A DNA stretch of 55,447 bases from a virus (Duplodnaviria > Caudoviricetes). Numbering within the stretch: position 1 is the stretch's first letter; each line of letters starts with the position of its first letter. This document shows positions 18,669 through 29,483 of the stretch, piece after piece. Under the pieces are notes generated by a model that did not search any database, was not told where the DNA came from, and saw only the letters and a list, made by a program, of their open reading frames with translations. A program made the translations under genes and the position numbers. The stretch is taken from positions 1 to 55,447 of the IMG/VR virus record IMGVR_UViG_3300042991_000477; one strand, 5' to 3'.

Positions 18669-19388
18669 TTATTTTTCATGAAAAATTTTCATTTCTTTTA
18701 TTTGTTCAAATAAATTATCAGTAATATAATCACCGTTCATACAATTATTTTTAGATATTGAAGATTCTGTTGGAACAATTTTAATATCCTTATTAAATAT
18801 TTCTTTTATTTTAAGTAATATCTCATATTTTGATAAACAATCAGGATTTGATAATATTGTAACATGATTAAATTTATTCCAATTTAGCATTATCGTCTCT
18901 GACCATTTGGACCATTCTAATGTTGTATTTCCATTCCAATATTGATTAGTAAAACCATTAACTGTATCATCAGAATTTAAAAACCAATCTAAAAAGGAAA
19001 ATTTTGTATTCTTTTCAAATCCTAATATAGATGTTTTTATAATTTTAGTATTATGATATATTTTTTCTCTTGCTAATTTTTTAGATAATCCATATGGCGT
19101 TTCATCACCTTCGTCTGTGTCAGGATGAATTATCCTAACACCTAATTTATCTAGCCATTTTGGTAATTCATAATTAATTTTATTATATTGATCATCTGTT
19201 GGCTTTCTTTGAGGTATTATACCAATACAATTAATAATATAATCTACTTTTTGATCAGATACCAATAGTTTGAAATCATCATTAGGCCATCTTAAATTTG
19301 TTGTTATTATATCATATTTTTTTGAGATAAAATATTTATAAACCATATTTCCTAATAAACCATTGTGTCCTAATATTAATATTTTCAT
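18669..19388 (-). CDS. RmlD-like NDP-sugar reductase (SDR)
   Basis: KILILGHNGLLG, INCIG, YGLSK. Confidence 0.8.
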   Translation of the reverse strand: MKILILGHNGLLGNMVYKYFISKKYDIITTNLRWPNDDFKLLVSDQKVDYIINCIGIIPQRKPTDDQYNKINYELPKWLDKLGVRIIHPDTDEGDETPYGLSKKLAREKIYHNTKIIKTSILGFEKNTKFSFLDWFLNSDDTVNGFTNQYWNGNTTLEWSKWSETIMLNWNKFNHVTILSNPDCLSKYEILLKIKEIFNKDIKIVPTESSISKNNCMNGDYITDNLFEQIKEMKIFHEK

Positions 19389-20332
19389 TATTTATAATAA
19401 TTATTTTTTTCTAAAATTTCAATTAATTCATTTTTTGTGTATGTATAATCACCACTATTATATTCGTTGTTTATTAATTTTCCATACATATTATTTTCTT
19501 GTATATTTTTATAATGCATTAAATAAATATTATTTTCTTTTGAATAATATGTACGTGGTAATTCTTCTTTTGCTATCATTATTTCATGTATTTTTTCAGA
19601 TATTCTTGGTTCTCCAATTTCATATTTTAATCCAAATTTATCTTTATAAATATCAAACAAATCTTTTATTTTAAAACTTTTTACATTTGGTATAACATTA
19701 TATCCATTAAAATTTAATGCGTTTTCGATAACATCTATAGCGATTTGTACATCTAACATAAATCTTGTCATTTTATCTGAATATAAAGTTAGATGATAAT
19801 TTTTATTTATACTGTCCCATATAAGTGGAATAACACTACCTGTTGAATTTGAAACATTACCATATATAGCAGAAGATAATCTAGTTGAACTATTTTCAGC
19901 ATTAACAATAAAAAGTTCACCAGCAACAAATTTCATAGAACCATATAAAGTTGTTGCAGCTCTTGATTTGTCTGATGAAATAAAACACGCTGCTTCCATT
20001 TCATTTTCTTCTGCACATCTTCTAGAATTTATAGCACCATTAATAATCACCTTAACTGATTCTTCATAATTTTGATCAACTGCACCTATTTGTTTAAGAG
20101 ATGCAGCAAATATACCAATGTCATGATTTTTAGATGATCTTTTCATTAAATCAAAATTTCTAACATCTCCAATAATGCAATTTACATTCGGAAATTCTTT
20201 TTTGAGATAATAATGTTTTGCCTCATCTCTTGAATAAATAGTTATTTCGTTTTCGTTATAATAACTTTTTATGATATTTTTACCTAAAAAACCAGCACCG
20301 CCTGTTATAAATATTTTTTTGTTTTTTATCAT
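19388..20332 (-). CDS. UDP-GlcNAc 4,6-dehydratase (PseB/FlaA1/CapD-like)
   Basis: ITGGAGFLG, SRDEAK, GDVRN, AASLK, ISSDK, YGSMK, YGNV, MTRF, EKIHE. Confidence 0.88.
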   Translation of the reverse strand: MIKNKKIFITGGAGFLGKNIIKSYYNENEITIYSRDEAKHYYLKKEFPNVNCIIGDVRNFDLMKRSSKNHDIGIFAASLKQIGAVDQNYEESVKVIINGAINSRRCAEENEMEAACFISSDKSRAATTLYGSMKFVAGELFIVNAENSSTRLSSAIYGNVSNSTGSVIPLIWDSINKNYHLTLYSDKMTRFMLDVQIAIDVIENALNFNGYNVIPNVKSFKIKDLFDIYKDKFGLKYEIGEPRISEKIHEIMIAKEELPRTYYSKENNIYLMHYKNIQENNMYGKLINNEYNSGDYTYTKNELIEILEKNNYYK

Positions 20333-21275
20333 TAATTTTCAATTATTTTACAATATTTAATAATATCTTTATTAAATTCTATATCATTATCATTTACAAT
20401 AATATTTAAGTTATTAATATTTAATTTTTCAAACTTTATTTCAGTACTTATTAACTTATATTCATCTGTTATATTAGTGTAATATATTAACTCATTATAT
20501 AATATTTTAACTGATAAGTCTATTTTTATGTCATAAAATAATATATTTACATTGTTGTTTTTTTCAGCAATAAACATATTAAAATTTTCAAATTTCATTA
20601 AATCATAAGAAGAACCATGATTTGATAATACATTATCTTTAAATTTATCATTAGAATCAAAATTTATAACTGTATAAAAATCGTCTTTATATTCATCAAA
20701 TTTAAAAATATAAGAATTAGATTCAGAATATATATATATTTTGCAAAATCTTCAGCAAATCCATTTATTTCTTTATATTTTTCTTTTGAAATTTTATTAA
20801 AAAGTTCTGAACTAGATTTAATTGATGCTAATGGCATTATTACATTATCATTTTCATGTAAAAATGCACAACCCTCAAAATCAGATTTATTTTCAATTTC
20901 ATTTAATAATTTCTCTGTTATAATAGTATCATAATTTAATATAATTATATTATCATAAATATTTTTTAAAAAATCAAATCCTCTTTTCCATTGCTGTAAA
21001 ACAGCATAACCATAGTCTTCAGTATATATATGAAGTGTATATTGCTTATATTTAATCCACCAAGTAATATATTTTTCTGGATAATATAAAATTGGATTTG
21101 AACTGTCATATAAATAATAATTAACTCTTTTTTGAATATTATCATTTAACGGATAATGAGCATGTAAACAAATATCATATCCTGATATACTTTTTAAATT
21201 ATCTATACATTCATTTAATACTTCAATTTTTAAATCTGTATCACAATAACTAGTTATTAAAAAAACAGTTTTCAT
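20332..21275 (-). CDS. Glycosyltransferase-like protein, paralog of 24837-25919 (frameshift in (AT)n near 20735)
   Basis: MKTVFLITSYCDT..LHAHYPL..YYLYDSSNP..DYGYAV..LNYDT; the ORF pieces 20664-21401 and 20332-20598 join. Confidence 0.65.
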
Positions 21276-23585
21276 ATTAATTTTATTTTTTAAATCATTT
21301 ATAAAAAAATCACCATCAATAACATGATGATCGTCTGGTGATCTTAAATATTTTTTTCCATAAATCCTTTCTCGTCCAAATAATTTTTCATACAATTCCA
21401 ATATTTAATATTCTTACTATTAAAAAAAGAATTAAACTTTTTATATAAAAATAATCTTTCAATTTCTGTTCCAGATATTAAATCTTTGTTTTCAAAATTA
21501 TCTTTTAGTGCACCATTTGGAGTTAAAATAATAACTTCACAATTTGAATATAATTTTTTTAATATCTTCTATTGCATAATAATAATCATCTAATAATTTT
21601 TCAGTTATTTCAATTAAATTCTTATTTCTATCTTCACTATTATCTATATTTCTAATTTTCCAAAGAATGCCAATTCTTAAATCTATTTCTCCTAACAATA
21701 GAGATATTTTATCTCCTTCTTTAATTGGTATTGTTTTTAAAAAAGATTTCCAATCAGACCTTATAAAATTTTTAATTGATAATAAAAAATGTGAAACATG
21801 ATTTATTATAAAATTATCACAAATTAGATTAGATTCAATATTATTAAATATGTTCCCAACATGTGAATCTCCTATAACCCAAAAAGTTGGCAACAATTGA
21901 GGTCTTTCTATACATTTAATTCCAGGTAACTTTTTTTCATATATTAATTCATTATTATCATTATCATAAATAAAAACATCAATACCCATTGTAAAATGTG
22001 TATTACAATATGGATGTACATCATATGGATAAAAAGTGCTATAATAATTTATACCTTTTGTTACATTAACAATATGAAAAATTTCAACAGTTTTAAAAAT
22101 TAAATCTTTTAATGATATTTTTATATTTATATCATTATCACCAAAATATTCATAATATATTTTTATGCATTTATCATTGTCTAAATATTCAAAATTATTT
22201 ATGTTTATCAATTTATTATTTAATAAAATTTTATAATTTTTCGGTAAATTTTTATTATTTTCTATTTCAATATATTCTAATTTAACATTATCGAAAATAT
22301 ATTCACCATTTTTTATGCAATTATTAATATATTCATCATTAGTATAAATATCATTATTAAATTCTTGGTGTGAAAAATTTTTAATTTTATCAGATATATT
22401 TTTTGGACCAAAAAAATATGAAAAATGCCACCCACCATTTTTAACTATTTCTCCATCTACTAATATTCTAATGTCTTCTGGTGTTGAGCTTTTAAGTATT
22501 TTATATTTTACAACTTTTGGAAAAGTCCATATTTTAGGATATTTATAATTTAAATTATAAAAATAAAAATCTTGTTCTAGTGCTAATATATTAAAATCTT
22601 TATTTATATATTCTATTATCACATTTGGATTTATTATTTCATCAGCATCAGATATTATTATAATATCTTCATCATTTAAATCTAATTTATTTAAACCTTT
22701 TAAAATTGAATTTCTTTGATTCTCTTCTCTAATTCTAGCTGGAGTGTTTTTAAAATTGTCCAAATGTGTCACATTAGAAACTGATTCTAAATCATCATCT
22801 ATTATATGTATTATTTTATTTAAATATTTATCAAATAAATTTTTATTATTATCAAAATATAATTCCTTATTATTACCTGAATGTGCCTTTTTTGATTCTA
22901 CCAAAACAAAATAATCAACATATTCATCTAATTCTTTTAGTCTAAATTCTAATAATTCAAGTTCATTATAAAATATAAAGGTATCAATAACTAAATTTTT
23001 TATATCGCTTTTATTAACTAACCAAGATGTACCAAAAATTTGAATATTTTTATTTTTAAAAAATTCATTAACAGAATTATACACACCTGGACAGTCTAAT
23101 TTTAAATAATCATGACCAGCAATTATTCCATTCCTTTTTACTTTAGGAAACCAACACTGTAAATCATTTTTAACAGATTCATAATCATGTGCACCATCAA
23201 TAAATAAGAAATCTATTGAATTATCTTCATATTTGTCAAAAACTTGATATGAATATGCTTTAATTGGATTTATATAATCTTTAACTACATTTATATTTTT
23301 TAAAAATTCTTCGTATAATGTACTATCTTGTGTTTTTAAATCATTTATTTTTTTAGTATAAATTTCTTCATCAGTTGATCCAATTGAACCATCCCAACAA
23401 TCTATGCAATCAAATTTTATATTCTTTTTAGAATTAGCTATTTCAACTGCCATGTATGATGTAGATTTACCGAGCCAAGAGCCAATTTCAACAAAATATG
23501 ATCCTGATTCAAATTTATTAACCATATTTGAGTAAATTTCTTCAAAATCAAACCAACCTTCGATATTTTGATATATATGATTCAT
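21276..23585 (-). CDS. Multidomain protein: class I methyltransferase + GT17-like glycosyltransferase + SGNH-like domain (frameshifts near 21555 and 21355)
   Basis: VEIGSWLGKS/FIDGAH; FYNELELLEFRL..FVLVES..SDADEI..GGWHFS; IGDSH..LGEIDLR..DDHH; runs in frame into the next domain. Confidence 0.75.
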
Positions 23586-24148
23586 AAATATTTTGAAACT
23601 CTTCTATCTTTTTTTCTTTTAACCAAAGATAAACCCATATCACATATTGGTAAATTTATAATATCTAATTCTGGATGAATAGAATAAACATAATCAAAGA
23701 TATGATATGAATCTGAACAAAGATTAGTATGTATCATTACTTCATGTATAGGATCGGTGTCATGTAAAATTATAATACCAAACTCATTTAATACTTTTAA
23801 TGAATTTTCAAAATCTCTTCTAACATACCTCCAATCATGATTAGCATCAATAAAAATAATATCAAATGTTTCATTATTATTATTAAAAAAATTATCGGTG
23901 GTCATTAAATGATATTCTATATTATTTTTATCTTGTAATTTATCATAAACATCCACACCAACACATTTTTCTACATGATCTCTAATATATTTTATGTTAT
24001 AACCATTATCTACACCAAGTTCTAAATATTTTCTACAATTTGTGGTTTTTACTAAATCTTGTATAAAAACGGCATATGTTTCTACTGGTTTATAATCTCT
24101 AATTCCATCAATACTGTTTATTCTACCATATGCAAATTTATCTATCAT
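23582..24148 (-). CDS. Class I SAM methyltransferase (Methyltransf_24-like)
   Basis: YLELGV, FDIIFIDANH, ILHDT. Confidence 0.85.
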   Translation of the reverse strand: MIDKFAYGRINSIDGIRDYKPVETYAVFIQDLVKTTNCRKYLELGVDNGYNIKYIRDHVEKCVGVDVYDKLQDKNNIEYHLMTTDNFFNNNNETFDIIFIDANHDWRYVRRDFENSLKVLNEFGIIILHDTDPIHEVMIHTNLCSDSYHIFDYVYSIHPELDIINLPICDMGLSLVKRKKDRRVSKYL

Positions 24149-24157
24149 ATTATTATT

Positions 24158-24811
24158 TTAATTTCTATTATCTATATAAATAATTACTTGTTTATAGTAT
24201 TCCACAAAATGTTCATTAAATAAATCCCATTTAATATCAATGCCATCAATTGATAAAACATTATAATTAAATCTTATTAACATATTATCTCTAAAGTTTT
24301 TAAACATTTTATTATCCTCATCAAGACCTAAATGACATTCAAATGCTATTTTTTTAACATTATTTTTTAAGTAATCAAAATTTTCTTCAGTAAATATTAA
24401 ATATTCTCCTCCTTCACAATCAATTTTTAAAAAATCAATATTATCTATACAATTATCTGTTATAAATTCTTTAAATGTTATACCTTTAGCTTTACTTTCA
24501 AATCCTTGCCATTCTATATTTACTTCAAATTCATTGGAAATAGCTCTCCTTAAAAAAGATACTGGGTAACCTTTTAGGTTTTTATATAATGTTCTATAAT
24601 GAGCCTCAACAGGCTCCATAACCCAACAATGTTGTGGATTTTTATCTAATATTGAATATGTAAAGCTTCCAACGAATGCGCCAATATCAACAACGATATC
24701 GTTTTCTTCTACTTTAAATATTTTTTCATATTGACCTGCTAAAGTTTCGTCTCGTAAAAAAGTATAATGAGATTCTGGTACACCCCAATCAAAATTATCA
24801 AAATTTAACAT
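24158..24811 (-). CDS. FkbM-family methyltransferase
   Basis: VVDIGAFVGSF, MEP, IDFLKIDCEGGE, FECH. Confidence 0.88.
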   Translation of the reverse strand: MLNFDNFDWGVPESHYTFLRDETLAGQYEKIFKVEENDIVVDIGAFVGSFTYSILDKNPQHCWVMEPVEAHYRTLYKNLKGYPVSFLRRAISNEFEVNIEWQGFESKAKGITFKEFITDNCIDNIDFLKIDCEGGEYLIFTEENFDYLKNNVKKIAFECHLGLDEDNKMFKNFRDNMLIRFNYNVLSIDGIDIKWDLFNEHFVEYYKQVIIYIDNRN

Positions 24812-24836
24812 ATTTTTTTATTTATTTTTATAATAA

Positions 24837-25919
24837 TTATTCATATTTCATTTTTATACCTTGGTATTTCATTGCAACAATTATTTCTCTATCAATAACT
24901 TTATTATTTATAATTATTGATACTTTATCTTCATCTATTAATTTAATAATATCATTCATAGAATAATCAGTTAATAATGAATATTCTTTATTTTTAATAT
25001 TATATGCATTGGTTATATTACCATTAATATTTATAACAATATTATCAATTGGTTTATTAATTTCAAAAATAAATATCTCAAATTTATTATGTTCTTCATT
25101 AATTCCACCAAATACAAAGCAATAGCCAATATTAATTAAATCAAAACCATTTGCTTCTGATACTGTTGTATATACATCAAAATCTTCTTTTTTTGTATCA
25201 GTTGAATATTGTATAGAATCACCTAAATGGATTTTTATCTCTGATGTACCCAATTTTTTTATTTTAAAATTATCTACTCCATAATATTTTTCATGCTTAT
25301 ATTTATTTTCAATTTTATATAAAACTTCCATTAAATATGTTTCTAACATTGTATCTTTAGATTGTAAATATTTTTCTAATGTTAATTCATTTGTTAATGT
25401 TTCAATAAATGTATTTTTTATAGAAAAAAATACAACAAATATCATTTTATCATCATATTCATTTGCATCAAAATCTCTTTTATTTAAATCTGAATATTCA
25501 AAAACAGCATCATTATTTTGTAAATAATCTTGATGTTTTTTTAAAACGTAATCAGTTATAAAGGTATCATAATTAATAACATGTATATAATCATATTTTT
25601 TTTCTTTTAAAAAAATTAGAGAACTATTCCATTGATTCATAACAGCATAAGAATAATCTGGATTTGTTATGGTTAACAATTTATTTGCGGTTTTATACCA
25701 CTTCCATCTTATTATTGTTTTTGAACCATCTCTTATTACTGGATTGGTTGAATCATAAATATAATATTTTACACTTTGCTGAATTTCTAAATCAAGTGGA
25801 TAGTGTGCATGAATTAATATATCTATATTAAATCTATTTAGATTACTTATACATTTTTTTAATTCACTTACCCTATATGGTGTATTACAGTATGTCGTTA
25901 TTATGAAGCATTCTTTCAT
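24837..25919 (-). CDS. Glycosyltransferase-like hypothetical protein
   Basis: Paralog of 20332-21275; INYDT motif; lies within the sugar island. Confidence 0.65.
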   Translation of the reverse strand: MKECFIITTYCNTPYRVSELKKCISNLNRFNIDILIHAHYPLDLEIQQSVKYYIYDSTNPVIRDGSKTIIRWKWYKTANKLLTITNPDYSYAVMNQWNSSLIFLKEKKYDYIHVINYDTFITDYVLKKHQDYLQNNDAVFEYSDLNKRDFDANEYDDKMIFVVFFSIKNTFIETLTNELTLEKYLQSKDTMLETYLMEVLYKIENKYKHEKYYGVDNFKIKKLGTSEIKIHLGDSIQYSTDTKKEDFDVYTTVSEANGFDLINIGYCFVFGGINEEHNKFEIFIFEINKPIDNIVININGNITNAYNIKNKEYSLLTDYSMNDIIKLIDEDKVSIIINNKVIDREIIVAMKYQGIKMKYE

Positions 25920-25985
25920 TTAAATGTATATTAAAAAAAATGAGAAATGTTTTTTAATATATACATAAAAATAAATATTAATATA

Positions 25986-26744
25986 ATGCTACCATTAGAA
26001 ACTTCAGTTAGACAATTAAAAAAATTAAGGGCTGAAACAAAAGGTACTGATATAGGTGATTTAACAGCAGGTGATAGACTTAATCATAATGTACCAAATT
26101 TACAATATATTGGTAATCCTGTAGATACTGGAATTGAATCATGGCAAGAATTTTCACAAAAAGATAGTAAATTACAAACTATTGCTTTTAAATCAAAATT
26201 GGTTAATAAATCAATAGTAAAAGAAAATAAAAAAGAAAATATGAAAGAAAAATTAAATAATGTATTAAAATTTAATGATTTTGAGCAAAATTGGACACCA
26301 GAAGCAGCACCTAAAACAAAAAGAACTGATGTTGCTAAAGATGTTATTAAGGAAACTGTTGTAGAAAATGATAATTCAGACGAAGTTAAAAAATTTGAAT
26401 CTTTTAAATTAAAAGAAGTTACAGTAAAAAAAGAAAAACAACCTGAATATACTATATTAGGTGAAGAAAAAGAACTCAAATCAAATCCTAATTTTGGTGT
26501 AGCAGCAGTTAAAGATCAAGAAAATAAAAAAATTGCATTTTTTAATAATTTTGTAGTAGATCCGCCAACACCAAGAGAAAGACCAATAGGTGGATATGTT
26601 GGACAATATGTTGATAATGGTAAAGTTAGAGGTCATATCAATAAAATTGAGGGTAGTAAAGTTTTTGTTGAATCTTTAGATGAACCTATGAAAATGGTTG
26701 AATTAAAATTAAAAGATGTAATTAAATCAACAAAAAAAGATTAA
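25986..26744 (+). CDS. Hypothetical (possible virion) protein with internal leader-like motifs
   Basis: TAATATATA at 25955; internal VLKFNDFE and VKKFESF. Confidence 0.75.
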   Translation: MLPLETSVRQLKKLRAETKGTDIGDLTAGDRLNHNVPNLQYIGNPVDTGIESWQEFSQKDSKLQTIAFKSKLVNKSIVKENKKENMKEKLNNVLKFNDFEQNWTPEAAPKTKRTDVAKDVIKETVVENDNSDEVKKFESFKLKEVTVKKEKQPEYTILGEEKELKSNPNFGVAAVKDQENKKIAFFNNFVVDPPTPRERPIGGYVGQYVDNGKVRGHINKIEGSKVFVESLDEPMKMVELKLKDVIKSTKKD

Positions 26745-26750
26745 TAAAAT

Positions 26751-26781
26751 AAAAAAGCCTCAAAAAGTGAGGCTTTTTTTT
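26751..26781 (+). terminator. Intrinsic terminator
   Basis: AAAAAAGCCTCA-aaaag-TGAGGCTTTTTTT. Confidence 0.85.
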
Positions 26782-26939
26782 CTTAAATATTATTTTATTT
26801 TATATATTATAAACAAATATATATAAGTAAAATATAATAAAGTAATTAATATTATAACATTTTATAAATCAAAAAATTATTATATTAAAATGCAATTAAT
26901 ATTACCAAAATATTAAAAAATTAAAAAATTAAAAATAAA

Positions 26940-27941
26940 ATGATATTAACAAAAGAAGTGAATATACATATTAAAGGTGCTCTTATAAAAAGATATAAAG
27001 ATATAGGATATATTGTTAATACAAAAGATTTAAATGTAATAAAAGTTGAAGATCTACCTAAAAATAGTCAAATGAAGGTTAAAGTAAAATGTGATACTTG
27101 CAATATCGAAAAAGACTTAAAAATTCAAGATTATTATTCAAGTTTTAAAAATAACAAATACTCATGTAATAAATGTAAAATATCAACATACAAAAAAACA
27201 ATGTTAGAAAAATATGGAGTTGAAAATAGTTTTCAATTAGAAGAAATAAAAGAAAAATTAAAAGAAACAAAAATTAAAAAATATAAAGATAAAAATTATA
27301 ATAATAGGGCAAAAGCTTCTGAAACTTGTTTAAATAAATATGGTGTTAAAAATCCTCAGCAGAATATCAACATAAAAGAAAAAACCTCAACTACAAATTT
27401 AGAAAAATATGGATTTAGAGCAGTTTCTAAAAATGAAACGGTAAAGGAAAAAATTAAAAACACGAATTTAAAAAAATGGAATAGTGTGTGTACTCTACAC
27501 TCAAATTTACAAAAAGATAAAATAAAAGAAATATTTATTAATAAATATGGGTTTGATAATCCTATGAAAAACAAAGAAATAATGATTAAATCCCAAATAT
27601 CATCACTAAAAAGAAAAGTTTTTTTAAATACTAAGTTATTATATCAAAGTAGTTATGAATTAAATTTTTTAAATAATTATTATAATAAAATAATTATTGA
27701 AAATGGAAAATCAATAAGAATTACTTTTGATAATAAAAAAACTATGTATCATTCAGATTTTTTTATACCAGATATAAATTTAATTATTGAAATAAAATCA
27801 TCATATTGGTATAAAAAGTATTATAGTAAAAATATAGTAAAACAGCAAGAATGTGAAAAATTAGGATATAAATATATTATAATAATAGATAAAAATTATA
27901 ATGAATTTAATTCTATATTGCAGAATCTTCTAAATTTTTAA
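26940..27941 (+). CDS. Putative homing endonuclease (KYGV repeats + PD-(D/E)XK)
   Basis: CDTC/CNKC; repeated EKYGV.N; YQSSYE..YHSDFFI..IIEIKS. Confidence 0.75.
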   Translation: MILTKEVNIHIKGALIKRYKDIGYIVNTKDLNVIKVEDLPKNSQMKVKVKCDTCNIEKDLKIQDYYSSFKNNKYSCNKCKISTYKKTMLEKYGVENSFQLEEIKEKLKETKIKKYKDKNYNNRAKASETCLNKYGVKNPQQNINIKEKTSTTNLEKYGFRAVSKNETVKEKIKNTNLKKWNSVCTLHSNLQKDKIKEIFINKYGFDNPMKNKEIMIKSQISSLKRKVFLNTKLLYQSSYELNFLNNYYNKIIIENGKSIRITFDNKKTMYHSDFFIPDINLIIEIKSSYWYKKYYSKNIVKQQECEKLGYKYIIIIDKNYNEFNSILQNLLNF

Positions 27942-29391
27942 GTTCAGATTTTAATTTTTCAAGTTCTTCGTGTTTTTCCATCATTACTTTCTTCCATTTT
28001 TTTCTATCAGAATAAACATCACCCATTACAGAGGTTACTACGCCAAGTTCATTCTTAAAAACAGATCCATTTAGAGTTACAATATCAGTAGGATCTATCA
28101 TTAATTGATGACCATTAAATACAGAATAGCTTTTACCTTTAATTTGTTGACCTTTATATGAATCGGCAGAAATATTAAATTGTCTCATTGTTGTTGGATA
28201 CAAAGAACTAAAATCAAAACAAACTGTCCATGTTGCCATACCTCTAACTGGTTCTTTCACCCAACCACCTTTAATTGATGATGCCTCTGTATCACCATAT
28301 TCGTCAACGTGTTCATCTCTAACCAGCACAACATTTTTTTGATCTCTTAATTTTTCTCTTAATATTCCTTCAGTTAATGCTAATGTGGAAATAGCATCTT
28401 TTATTCTAATTTTACCTAAAACAGACATACCATAAAGTATATCAACATATTTCATTTTAATGTGTATTCTTTGAACGAGGCAACTATCTACAGCATTATA
28501 AAAAACGAATTTTTTAAAGTCTTCTCTGTGTAATCTTGTTAAGTCACCTTCATAATTAATTTTTTTAATACCTATAATTTTTTCAGAAGCAAAATCTAAT
28601 GATTGACTTTCTTTAACTTTAATAGATTGATCCCACTTTGTAAATATTTCCATATAGTCAATTATTACTCTGTGTGCTGGTATTTCAGCATAATCTTGTT
28701 GTCCTTTTGAATTGAAATTAAATGGTACATTCATTTTTTTTGTAAATGATGCTACCGATGGATCTATTCCAATTTTTCTTGCTCTTGCCACTAAAAATAC
28801 CCAGTCATAATTAGTGAAATTCCATCCAGTAATTACTGGCATTTTTGGTACTAATTTATTAAAAAAATTATTTAACAGATCATATTCGTTTTTATATTGA
28901 ACATATTTAAATACATAATTTGTTTCAAATTTTTTAAAGTGAATATTAATGTCTGATTCTATTGATTCTATTTGTTGAATAGTTAAAGGTTCTGTACCTA
29001 TAACTAATATTTTATTTTTATTTACTATAGATATAGTTTGAATTGCACTTTCTGCTAAATGTGGTTCTGGTTTTTTATCCAAAATTTCATTTTCAATATC
29101 AACAAAGAAAATATCAGGCTCATTATACTCATATATTTCATTTCTTTCATCTTCTGGTAAATTATCTATAAAATCATACACGGAATATTTATTTGGGTAC
29201 TTCGTGTATATCTCCTTGACACTCAAACCATTCCAGGTTACATATCTACCAGATTTCTCTGGATCATTATCACCAGTAGTTATAAATTTAGTGGGGCTAC
29301 TCCAATTTTTATACTTTAATTTTATAGAACCTTGTTTATCAATGTATGATATGATCAAATTCCCATTCCTAAACTCATAATCAACTATCAT
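27913..29391 (-). CDS. polB: Family B DNA polymerase, N-terminal subunit (exonuclease + motif A)
   Basis: VDIE, ITGWNFTNYDW, YNAVD, KGGWV, FDFSSLYP..FNIS; ends in the fingers, motifs B and C absent. Confidence 0.85.
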   Translation of the reverse strand: MIVDYEFRNGNLIISYIDKQGSIKLKYKNWSSPTKFITTGDNDPEKSGRYVTWNGLSVKEIYTKYPNKYSVYDFIDNLPEDERNEIYEYNEPDIFFVDIENEILDKKPEPHLAESAIQTISIVNKNKILVIGTEPLTIQQIESIESDINIHFKKFETNYVFKYVQYKNEYDLLNNFFNKLVPKMPVITGWNFTNYDWVFLVARARKIGIDPSVASFTKKMNVPFNFNSKGQQDYAEIPAHRVIIDYMEIFTKWDQSIKVKESQSLDFASEKIIGIKKINYEGDLTRLHREDFKKFVFYNAVDSCLVQRIHIKMKYVDILYGMSVLGKIRIKDAISTLALTEGILREKLRDQKNVVLVRDEHVDEYGDTEASSIKGGWVKEPVRGMATWTVCFDFSSLYPTTMRQFNISADSYKGQQIKGKSYSVFNGHQLMIDPTDIVTLNGSVFKNELGVVTSVMGDVYSDRKKWKKVMMEKHEELEKLKSELKNLEDSAI

Positions 29392-29483
29392 AGTGTATAT
29401 TATTATTTTTTTGATGCTATATTTATAGTCATTTAACATTTTTGACTTTGTTTATTTTATATATACATATAAAATAAAAGTTT

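Noticed and set aside
28285-28305. EYGDTEA in polB as polymerase motif C
   Set aside because: Lies upstream of motif A in a variable linker and lacks the second Asp; coincidental.
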